DNA of 64,000 nt, taken from NCBI GenBank assembly GCA_049318805.1, contig JBMOFP010000003.1, positions 5,702 to 69,701 of the forward strand. Reading direction: 5' to 3'. This DNA is from Bradymonadia bacterium (GTDB lineage: Bacteria > Myxococcota_A > Bradymonadia > UBA7976 > UBA1532). The translations under genes and the position numbers were made by a program. This document shows, in pieces, positions 9,649 to 17,522 of this stretch. Every line of letters starts with the position of its first letter. The stretch's first letter is position 1. The notes beneath the pieces are model-generated. The model made no database searches. It saw only the letters and a program-made list of their open reading frames with translations, and was not told the origin of the DNA.

Positions 9649-11565
9649 ATGTGCACCGTGCTGATCTTGCGCCACGCCCACCCCGTCTTTCCGCTGCTCA
9701 TCGCCGCCAACCGGGACGAGATGTTCGGCCGGCCGGCCACCGGGCTCGAGGTGCAAGGCGAGTCGCCCCGGGTGCTCGCCGGACGCGACCTGGAGCGTGG
9801 CGGCACCTGGATGGGCGTGACGGCGCGCGGCTTCTTCGCGGGGCTCACGAACCTGCGACCGACGGAGCGGCCCATGACGGCGCCGCGCTCGCGGGGGGAG
9901 GTCGTGCTGGCGGTGCTGCGGGCCGGGGAAGTCGGCGCGGCGTGCGCCTACCTGGACTCGCTGGCGCCCGCGGACTTCAACGGCGGGCAGCTCCTCTTCG
10001 GGGACGCCCGCGACCTGCGCGTCGCCTATTTCCGTCCTGACGCGCCGCGTGTGCGCGTGGAGCGTGTCCCGGAGGGGGTGCACGTGCTGCCGACCTCCGT
10101 GCTGGACGACCCGAGCTACCCGAAGGTCGGGCGTCTGCGGGCCGCCGCGCTGGACTTGCCCCGCGACTGGCCGGGGGTGCGCGCACGCCTCATCGGCGCG
10201 CTCGCGAGTCATGTGCAGCCCGAGGCGAGCGCCGTGTCTGGGGGCGGCTCGCTCTTCGAGCCCGAGACACTCCGCGCGCTCGACGCCGTGTGTATCCATC
10301 TGCCCGGGTACGGCACCCGCTCGGCGCTCTTGCTCGCCGTGCGCCCGGGGGCCGTGGACCACGTCGAGTCCTCGAACGCACGCCCGTGCGAGGGGCCCTT
10401 CGTCGACTACACCCCGGTCTTGAACGCGCCCTCGCCCGAGCGGGTCGAGACGCTCGTGCTCGGCGCGGGCCCGTCGGGGCTCGCGGCCAGCGCGGCGCTG
10501 ACGGAGGCCGGCCTGCCCCACCTGCTGGTCGACCGGGGCGGGCGGGTCGGGGACTCGTGGCGACGCCACTACGACCGGCTTCGGCTGCACACCCTGAACC
10601 GGTGGTCGTCGCTGCCCGGCCTGCCCTTCGATGAAAACGCGCCCGAGTGGCGCACCCGCGACGACTTCGTGGCCTATCTCGAGACCTACGCGCGCACCCT
10701 CGGCGTGCGGCCCCGGCACGGCATCGAGGTGCGCGGCATACGGCGGCGCGAGGGCGACGGCTTCCGGGTCGACACCAGCGGCGGCCCCATCGACGCGCGC
10801 TTCGTCGTCGTGGCCACGGGCCTGAATCGGGTGCCCCATCGCCCGCCCATGCCGGGCGAGGGCACGTTCCGCGGCACGATCGTGCACAGCGGTGAACACC
10901 GCTCCGCCGTAGGCTTCCAGGGGCGACGCGTCGCCGTCTTCGGCATCGGCAACTCCGGCGCGGAGCTCGCCCTCGACTTCGCCGAGCAGGGGGCGTCGGT
11001 GCTGCTCGTGTGGCGGAGCCCCGCGTGGATCGTGCGCCGCACACGGTTCGGCATCCCGTCCCAGCGCATCGGGGTGTTCTACGAGACCTTGCCGAAGCGC
11101 CTCGCGGGCCCCGTGAGCTTGTTCATGGCGCGCCGGGCCGGTGTGCCGCCGAGCCTCACCGGCATCCCGCAGCCCGAGCAGAGCCCCGTCGATCTGGTGC
11201 GTGGCCACGGCCGGGTGCCGCTCATCGACATCGGCACCGTCGCCGCCATCGAGGACGGTCGGATTCGCACCGTCGAAGGCCTCCAGACCTTCACGCCCGA
11301 CGGCTTCGTCGACGCGCGGGGTGAGGCCCACGCCGTCGACCATGTGGTGCTCGCGACGGGGTGGCGCCCGGGGCTCGAGGCCCTGCTGCCCGACCCCGCG
11401 TTGCGCGCCGAGGTGCTCGACGAACGCGGTCGACCGCGCCTTCACGCGCAGGTCCACGCGGGGGGCCTCGCGTTCGTCGGTTTTGCGAACCGCATCGGCG
11501 GGGCGCTCCGAGAGGTCAGCCTCGAGACCCCTCGGCTGCTGGCCTCGCTTCGGCAGGCAACGTGA
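9649..11565 (+). CDS. NRDE-family (TANGO2-like) domain fused to an FAD/NAD(P)-binding flavin monooxygenase-like domain
   Basis: ATG at 9649 (MCTVLILRHAHPVFPLLIAANRDE, the NRDE signature). From about aa 260 there is a Rossmann motif LVLGAGPSGLAASAAL and an FMO-like second dinucleotide motif VAVFGIGNSGAELA. Confidence 0.75.
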   Translation: MCTVLILRHAHPVFPLLIAANRDEMFGRPATGLEVQGESPRVLAGRDLERGGTWMGVTARGFFAGLTNLRPTERPMTAPRSRGEVVLAVLRAGEVGAACAYLDSLAPADFNGGQLLFGDARDLRVAYFRPDAPRVRVERVPEGVHVLPTSVLDDPSYPKVGRLRAAALDLPRDWPGVRARLIGALASHVQPEASAVSGGGSLFEPETLRALDAVCIHLPGYGTRSALLLAVRPGAVDHVESSNARPCEGPFVDYTPVLNAPSPERVETLVLGAGPSGLAASAALTEAGLPHLLVDRGGRVGDSWRRHYDRLRLHTLNRWSSLPGLPFDENAPEWRTRDDFVAYLETYARTLGVRPRHGIEVRGIRRREGDGFRVDTSGGPIDARFVVVATGLNRVPHRPPMPGEGTFRGTIVHSGEHRSAVGFQGRRVAVFGIGNSGAELALDFAEQGASVLLVWRSPAWIVRRTRFGIPSQRIGVFYETLPKRLAGPVSLFMARRAGVPPSLTGIPQPEQSPVDLVRGHGRVPLIDIGTVAAIEDGRIRTVEGLQTFTPDGFVDARGEAHAVDHVVLATGWRPGLEALLPDPALRAEVLDERGRPRLHAQVHAGGLAFVGFANRIGGALREVSLETPRLLASLRQAT

Positions 11566-12737
11566 GACGCGTCTTTTGGTGGCTCGGCAGGCTGGGGCTC
11601 GCGGCGCTCGTGGCGCTGGGGCTCTTCCTTGGGGCGCTCGGGCTGGACGGCTGGACCGCGTTCGGCACCTCGGCCACGGGCGCGCGCCTCGAGCGCATGC
11701 AGGGTTCGCCCCAGTGGAGCGACGGCCAGTTCGTCAACCCCGAGCCCCTGTGGAACGACGTCTGGGGATCGCTCGTCGGCGCCTTCAACGTGAGCCCGGA
11801 CGGCCGACCGCACGACCCCCTTTCCGTGGTCCGCCCCGAGCGCACAGGCTTCGAGCGGCCGCCCGCGACGGGCCTGCGACTCACGTGGTTCGGGCACTCC
11901 GCCTTCCTCGTCGAGCTCGACGGGATCCGCCTGCTGGTCGATCCCGTGTGGGGTCCGCGGGCCTCGCCCGTCTCATGGCTCGGTCCCGAGCGCTGGTACG
12001 ACCCGCCCATGGCGCTCGCCGACCTGCCCGCGATCGACGCGGTGCTGATCTCCCACGACCACTACGACCACCTCGACCTGCCGACGATACAGGCCATGCG
12101 CGGCTGGACGGCACCGTTCATCGTGCCGCTGGGCGTGGGCGCGCACCTGGCCGGCTGGGGCATCCCCGAGGCGCGGATCATCGAGCTCGACTGGTGGGAC
12201 CAGCACCCCGTCGGGCCGGTCACCGTGGTCGCGACCCCCGCCCGCCACGCCTCCGGTCGCACCGGCGTCGACAAGGACTCTACGCTCTGGGCGGGCTTCG
12301 CCGTCGTCGGCTCGAAGCGTAGGGTCTTCTACTCCGGCGACAGCGGGCTCTTTCCGGGGCTCACCGACATCGGCGCGCGCCTCGGGCCCTTCGACCTCAC
12401 CCTCATGGACGCGGGCCAGTACGACCCCGCGTGGCCCGATTGGCACATGGGTCCCGAGCAGACGGTGCGCGCGCACCAGATGGTCCGCGGCGAGGTCCTG
12501 GTCCCGGTGCATTGGGGCCTGTTCCAGCTCGCCTACCATGGCTGGACGGAGCCCATCGAGCGGGTGCTCGCGGCGGCCGCCGGGCCGGGTGTTCGGGTCG
12601 CCACGCCGCGGCCGGGCGCGCCCTTCGAACCCCTCGATCCCACCGCCGAGGCGACCCGCTGGTGGCCCGCGTTGCCGCACCGGAGCGCCGCCGACGCCCC
12701 CGTCGTGTCGACGCTCGTCGAGCCCGAGCGTCGCTGA
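11562..12737 (+). CDS. MBL-fold metallo-hydrolase (NAPE-PLD-like) with N-terminal TM anchor
   Basis: GTG at 11562 overlaps the upstream stop (GTGA). N-terminal TM helix WWLGRLGLAALVALGLFLGAL. Beta-lactamase-fold motifs LTWFGHSAFLVE and ISHDHYDHLD. Confidence 0.75.
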   Translation: MRRVFWWLGRLGLAALVALGLFLGALGLDGWTAFGTSATGARLERMQGSPQWSDGQFVNPEPLWNDVWGSLVGAFNVSPDGRPHDPLSVVRPERTGFERPPATGLRLTWFGHSAFLVELDGIRLLVDPVWGPRASPVSWLGPERWYDPPMALADLPAIDAVLISHDHYDHLDLPTIQAMRGWTAPFIVPLGVGAHLAGWGIPEARIIELDWWDQHPVGPVTVVATPARHASGRTGVDKDSTLWAGFAVVGSKRRVFYSGDSGLFPGLTDIGARLGPFDLTLMDAGQYDPAWPDWHMGPEQTVRAHQMVRGEVLVPVHWGLFQLAYHGWTEPIERVLAAAAGPGVRVATPRPGAPFEPLDPTAEATRWWPALPHRSAADAPVVSTLVEPERR

Positions 12738-12739
12738 AC

Positions 12740-13255
12740 CTACTGCAGCAAGCTCCGCAGCATCCAGGCCGTCTTCTCCGAGACCTGCATGCGCTGGGTC
12801 AGCAGGTCGGCCGTCGGCTCGTCCGACACCTTCTCGACGGCCGGCAGCGTCGAGCGGGCGGTGCGGGTCACGGCCTCGTGCCCCTTCACCAGCAGGGCGA
12901 CCATCTCCATCGCCGCGGGCACGCCCGACGTCGCCTCGATGGAGGTCAGGCGGGCGTAGGCGCTGTAGGTGCCCGGCGCGGGGAAGCCCAGGGCGCGGAT
13001 GCGCTCGGCGATGAGGTCCACGGCCAGGGCGAGCTCGGTGTACTGCGCCTCGAACATGAGGTGCAGCGTGTTGAACATCGGCCCGGTCACGTTCCAGTGG
13101 AAGTTGTGGGTCTTGAGATAGAGCGAGTAGGTGTCGGCGAGCAGGCGCGACAGGCCCTCGGCGATCGCCTTGCGGTCTTCCTCGGAGATGCCGATGTCGA
13201 TCTGCGGCGCGGTGATGGTCTTGCTCGTGGGGCGTGTTCCTTCGGTGGGACTCAA
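12740..13255 (-). CDS. dps: Dps (DNA protection during starvation, ferritin-like)
   Basis: A 171 aa segment with a typical Dps sequence ([33 protein letters not shown]...). It has no in-frame ATG; the inferred start is TTG at 13255, which overlaps the ppk2 stop. Start is uncertain. Confidence 0.8.
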   Translation of the reverse strand: MSPTEGTRPTSKTITAPQIDIGISEEDRKAIAEGLSRLLADTYSLYLKTHNFHWNVTGPMFNTLHLMFEAQYTELALAVDLIAERIRALGFPAPGTYSAYARLTSIEATSGVPAAMEMVALLVKGHEAVTRTARSTLPAVEKVSDEPTADLLTQRMQVSEKTAWMLRSLLQ

Positions 13256-14049
13256 ACGTTCGGGATAGGCTTGACGGGGCCCTTGAAGCGCTCCTTGCGG
13301 GGCTTGGTGTCCAGGGGCGGGAACTCGAGGTCGGCCTCGGGCACGACGTGCTCGGGCACGGTGTCGAGGAGATGACGGATCAGGGTGAGTCGGCCGCGTC
13401 TCTGGTCGTTGAAGTCCACGAGCGTCCACGGCGCGTGGCGCTTGTGGGTCGCCGCGAGCATCTCGTCGCGCATGCGGCCGTACTCCGCGTACTTCGAGCG
13501 CGCCTCGAGGTCGATGGGCGAGAGCTTCCAGCGCTTCAGCGGGTCCTGCAGGCGGTCCTGGAACCGCTCCTCCTGCTGGGCCTGGTCGACGCAGAGCCAG
13601 TACTTCAGCAGCAGGATGCCGTCGTCGACCAGCATGCGCTCGAAGACCGGGGCCTGCTCCAGGAAGGCCTTCGCGGCCTTCTCGTCGCAGAAACCCATCA
13701 CCCGCTCCACCCCGGCGCGGTTGTACCAGCTTCGGTCGAAGACGGTGATCTCGCCCGCGGCGGGCAGGTGCGTCACGTACCGCTGGAAGTACCACTGCGA
13801 CCGCTCGCGCTCGCTGGGCTTCGACAGCGCGACGACCTTGCACTGCCTGGGGTTGAGCTCCTCCGTCAACGCCCCGATGACGCCGCCTTTGCCGGCCGTG
13901 TCGCGGCCCTCGACGACGACCACGAGCCGCTTGCCGGTATGCTGCAACCACCGCGCGACGTCGTTGAGCTCGATCTGCATGGGCGCGAGGCGCTCCGCGT
14001 ACTCGGCCTTGCTCAGCTTCTCTTCGACCTTCGCCTTCGACTTCGCCAT
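13252..14049 (-). CDS. ppk2: polyphosphate kinase 2 (PPK2)
   Basis: ATG at 14049 ([11 protein letters not shown]...). Walker [18 protein letters not shown]2 motifs [13 protein letters not shown] and the lid region. Confidence 0.9.
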   Translation of the reverse strand: MAKSKAKVEEKLSKAEYAERLAPMQIELNDVARWLQHTGKRLVVVVEGRDTAGKGGVIGALTEELNPRQCKVVALSKPSERERSQWYFQRYVTHLPAAGEITVFDRSWYNRAGVERVMGFCDEKAAKAFLEQAPVFERMLVDDGILLLKYWLCVDQAQQEERFQDRLQDPLKRWKLSPIDLEARSKYAEYGRMRDEMLAATHKRHAPWTLVDFNDQRRGRLTLIRHLLDTVPEHVVPEADLEFPPLDTKPRKERFKGPVKPIPNV

Positions 14050-14164
14050 CGTCGTCCTCCGCGCTCGCCCGTGCCTAGTCGTCACGCCCCGGGGCTTGTA
14101 GGCCCCGGAGGCGATCACCATAATCCCGTGCCGTTTTACTCCCGAACTGGAATGGAGCGCATCC

Positions 14165-15523
14165 GTGCAAGGCAATCCCCAGGCTCCCGCCGTCGCCGAA
14201 TTCACCGCCGCGCTGCTCGAGCGGCTGACGGCGCGCAAGGCCACCATCGGCGTGGTCGGGCTCGGCTACGTCGGTCTGCCCCTCGCCGTCGGCTTTGCCG
14301 ATGCCGGCCACACCGTCGTCGGCTTCGACGTGGATGCGTCCAAGACGCAGCTCCTCTCCGAGGGCAAGTCGCACATCCCCGACGTGCCCGCTGAAGAGGT
14401 CGCGCGTCTCGTCGCCGCCGGTCGATTCAGCGCCACCACGGACGACGCCGTGCTCGCGGGCTGCGACGCCATCGCGATCTGCGTGCCCACGCCGCTCAAC
14501 AAGACCCGCGATCCGGACCTCAGCTTCGTCGTCTCGGCCGTGGAGCGGGTGGCGAAGCGGCTGCGCAAGGGCCAGCTCATCGTGCTCGAGAGCACCACCT
14601 GGCCCGGCACGACCGTCGAGGTCGTGGCCCCGATGCTCGAGCGCACCGGCCTCGTCGTGGGCGCGGACTTCCACCTCGCGTTCAGCCCCGAGCGCATCGA
14701 CCCGGGCAACGCCGTCTTCCAGGTCGGCAACACCCCCAAGGTCGTCGGCGGCATGAGCCCCGCGTGTTCCAAGGCCGCTGAGGCGCTCTACGCGTGCGTG
14801 ACCACGCGGGTCGTGTCGGTCTCGAGCCCCACCGCCGCCGAGATGGTGAAGATCCTCGAGAACACGTTCCGTGCGGTGAACATCGGTCTCGTCAACGAGA
14901 CGGCCGTCATCGCCAACAAGCTCGGCCTCGACATCTGGGAGATCATCGACGCCGCGGCCACGAAGCCCTTCGGCTTCATGCCCTTCTGGCCGGGGCCCGG
15001 GCTCGGCGGCCACTGCATCCCCATCGACCCGCACTACCTGAGCTGGAAGCTGCGGGCGATGAACTACCGCACGCGGTTCATCGAGGTCGCCGACGACATC
15101 AACAACGCCATGCCGAACTACGTGGTCGAGCGGGTCGCGCTGGCGCTCAACGACGACGAGCGCTCGTTGAAGGGCAGCCGGATTCTGGTGCTGGGCGCCG
15201 CCTACAAGCGCGACATCACCGACTGGCGCGAGAGCCCCGCGATCCCCGTCATCGAGGGCTTGCTGTCCCGCGGCGCGAAGGTCGAGTACCAGGACGACTT
15301 CGTGCCGAAGATCGAGCTGCACGGGCACGACTTCGTCGGGCGCGAGCTCGAGAGTGTGGCGCTCGACTACAGCAAACTCGGCGAGTGGGACTGCGTGGTG
15401 GTGATCACCGACCACCGGTACTTCGACCGCCAGAAGCTGCTCGACAACGCGCGGCGGATTGTCGACACGCGGAACCTGCTCGGGGATCTCGGGAAGGGGC
15501 ACCCGCGCGTCACGCGGTTGTGA
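14165..15523 (+). CDS. UDP-N-acetyl-D-glucosamine/mannosamine dehydrogenase family (nucleotide-sugar dehydrogenase, WecC/TviB-like)
   Basis: Rossmann motif IGVVGLGYVGLP. Catalytic region GGHCIPIDP. C-terminal UDPG_MGDP_dh domain. GTG start at 14165. Confidence 0.85.
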   Translation: MQGNPQAPAVAEFTAALLERLTARKATIGVVGLGYVGLPLAVGFADAGHTVVGFDVDASKTQLLSEGKSHIPDVPAEEVARLVAAGRFSATTDDAVLAGCDAIAICVPTPLNKTRDPDLSFVVSAVERVAKRLRKGQLIVLESTTWPGTTVEVVAPMLERTGLVVGADFHLAFSPERIDPGNAVFQVGNTPKVVGGMSPACSKAAEALYACVTTRVVSVSSPTAAEMVKILENTFRAVNIGLVNETAVIANKLGLDIWEIIDAAATKPFGFMPFWPGPGLGGHCIPIDPHYLSWKLRAMNYRTRFIEVADDINNAMPNYVVERVALALNDDERSLKGSRILVLGAAYKRDITDWRESPAIPVIEGLLSRGAKVEYQDDFVPKIELHGHDFVGRELESVALDYSKLGEWDCVVVITDHRYFDRQKLLDNARRIVDTRNLLGDLGKGHPRVTRL

Positions 15524-15563
15524 GGCGCGGGCCGGTTCGGTCCGCGCGCGGCCTCGCCAGGGC

Positions 15564-17381
15564 TCACCCGCCCAGCGCCTCGAGGCGGGCACGGAGCGCC
15601 GGGCTCAGATCGGGCCGCGCAGCCAGCGTGACGAGCAGAAGCCGGCCCTCGGGGCGCTCGCGATAGCGCGCGGCGGTGTTCACCATCGCCCCGGCGACGG
15701 CTTCGGCGAGGTGGGCGCTGCCTGCGACGCCGATGAGGGCGTCGAGCTCGGTGGAGCCCAGCTCCAACCCGGTGAGAGACTGAAACGCCGAGAGGGCAAC
15801 GTCCCGGTCGGCGTCCCCGGCGAGGGTCACGAGCAGGGAACGCGCCTGCGGGGTGTCGAGCTTGCGGAGCGCTGAACCTACGGCGGCGCGGACCCCGGGT
15901 TCATCGGCGTCCGCGTGGGCGGCCAGCGTCTCGAAGTCGGACGCCAGGCCGGCGTTGCCGAGGGCCCGCAGGGCGTCGGCCCGCGCCTCGGGCGTCTCGG
16001 CGTGCTCCAAGGCCTCGCGCAGGGGTTCGACGAGCGCCACCGCGTCCGCCTCGCGGCCTTGTCGCGCGACCTGACCGGCCACGGCCCCGAGTCCGAAGGC
16101 GGCGGCCTTCTCCGTCCCGGCGGGCGGATGCGCGGCGAGCTCTCGGGCGAAGTCCACCAGGGCCGGCGACGGGTCGGGGACGAAGCCCATCCGCTGCACA
16201 TGGACCTCGTAGAGGGGGTCCGCCACCGCGGTCGCGGAGCTCAGAACCTCCACGAGGGCGCGTTGGGTGCCGTCGGTGCCGACCTGCGACAGCAAATCGA
16301 GGACGAGCCCGCGGCCCGGTGCGGCGCTCGGGAGCTCATCGTAGGTGGCCGCCAGCGCGGCGGCCGCCTCGGGGTCCAGCCGCAGCAGCGCCGCGGCTCG
16401 GTACAGGAATCGCGAGAGGTCCGGCATCCGGCCGGCAGCCCCGTGCAGGCGGACGAGGCGAACCAGGGTCTCACGGTCCAGCCCCGCGGCGGCCGCGCGC
16501 AAAAGCTCGGCCTCCGCGAGGCCGTCCGGTGCCACCTCGCCGACACCCACGGTGCGTCGAGTCGCATCGAGGTCCGCCACCGAGATCGGGGCGTCGCCGA
16601 GACGCCGCAGCGTCAGGCTCAGGTGGTCGTTCACACGCTCGGTGTGGGTGTCGTTGAGGAGGCGCGTGCGCTCCTCGTGGCTCACGGAGACCACTCGGCC
16701 GACGGTGTCGAGACCGAAGCGGGTGCTCGAGGTCGGCAGCTCGACCTGGGTGGCGCCCGGATGCCTCGGGGCCGGGTCCGAGGCGGCGCTGCGGGCGCGC
16801 TCGAGGTCGCCTTGCGGGGTGACGGACCACGTGGCGTCCATCCGCGCGAGCACCGTGGCCTCCGAAACACCCTCAGGCGTGCGCTGCAACACACCCGCCA
16901 GCGCCTGGTAGAGCCCCTGGGCCGCCTCGCCCACACCCGGAGGGACCTCGAGGCCGGTGAAGACACCCTGGGCGTCGTAGCGTGCGATCACGACCTGGCC
17001 GACGGCGCCCTCGAAGACCGCGTCGAGGCCACGGAGGCCACCCCCACCGAATCGGCCCTCGACGCGCCGCGCGGCCTGGAGCGTCAACGCGAGTCGACCG
17101 GGGCCCTCGGGCGTGAGCGTCACCTCGCCTTCGAACGTGAGCGCGCTCTCCAGCAGGCCGAGGCCCTGCTCGCCGTGGTCGGCGCTCTGGTGGGCGTCCA
17201 GGGCGAGCGCGTAGAGACCGCGCAGCTCGAGTCGTTCGTGCGCCCGGCGGGCTTCATCCGGCCCGGTCGTCGGGTCCGCGAAAGGGGTCGGCTCGAAGGC
17301 GAGCGCGGCGGCGAGACCGCCGACCAAGAGAGCGGGCAAAAGCAGAGCCCGGCGAAACGACGTAGGACGACTGCGAGACAT
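15564..17381 (-). CDS. secreted HEAT/PBS-lyase-like repeat protein, hypothetical
   Basis: Signal peptide (LLLPALLVGGLAAALA) and a repetitive alpha-helical, Ala/Leu-rich C-terminal half (EARADALRALGNAGLASDFETL... repeats). Confidence 0.6.
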   Translation of the reverse strand: MSRSRPTSFRRALLLPALLVGGLAAALAFEPTPFADPTTGPDEARRAHERLELRGLYALALDAHQSADHGEQGLGLLESALTFEGEVTLTPEGPGRLALTLQAARRVEGRFGGGGLRGLDAVFEGAVGQVVIARYDAQGVFTGLEVPPGVGEAAQGLYQALAGVLQRTPEGVSEATVLARMDATWSVTPQGDLERARSAASDPAPRHPGATQVELPTSSTRFGLDTVGRVVSVSHEERTRLLNDTHTERVNDHLSLTLRRLGDAPISVADLDATRRTVGVGEVAPDGLAEAELLRAAAAGLDRETLVRLVRLHGAAGRMPDLSRFLYRAAALLRLDPEAAAALAATYDELPSAAPGRGLVLDLLSQVGTDGTQRALVEVLSSATAVADPLYEVHVQRMGFVPDPSPALVDFARELAAHPPAGTEKAAAFGLGAVAGQVARQGREADAVALVEPLREALEHAETPEARADALRALGNAGLASDFETLAAHADADEPGVRAAVGSALRKLDTPQARSLLVTLAGDADRDVALSAFQSLTGLELGSTELDALIGVAGSAHLAEAVAGAMVNTAARYRERPEGRLLLVTLAARPDLSPALRARLEALGG

Positions 17382-17492
17382 GGTGCTCCTCCGGTGCGCG
17401 GACGCGGCGCGCGGATGGGGTGGCGGTGGGCCGCCGAAACGACGGCAAGGCCTCGGATTGTCCTTCGCCGCAGGACACCGAGACCTTGCACG

Positions 17493-17516
17493 GACGGGTC
17501 ACTTTTTCGACCCGTC
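17493..17516 (-). terminator. 8-bp perfect GC-rich hairpin (GACGGGTC-N8-GACCCGTC), 7 nt after the stop of the 17523-20192 gene; no U-tract
   Basis: Read directly from the sequence. Candidate terminator, attenuator or RNA-stability element. It forms part of repeated motif site A (see finding). Confidence 0.3.
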
Positions 17517-17522
17517 TCGCGC

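Noticed and set aside
13256-13951. N-terminal extension of the Dps ORF (12740-13951)
   Set aside because: It overlaps the well-supported PPK2 gene on the same strand in a different frame, and its translation is Arg/Gly/Pro-rich. Dps homology begins only at about 13255.
15524-15563. Bidirectional terminator hairpin between the convergent UDP-sugar DH and HEAT genes
   Set aside because: It has only a 6-bp GCGCGG/CCGCGC stem with an 11-nt loop and no U-tract on either strand. That is too weak to call.
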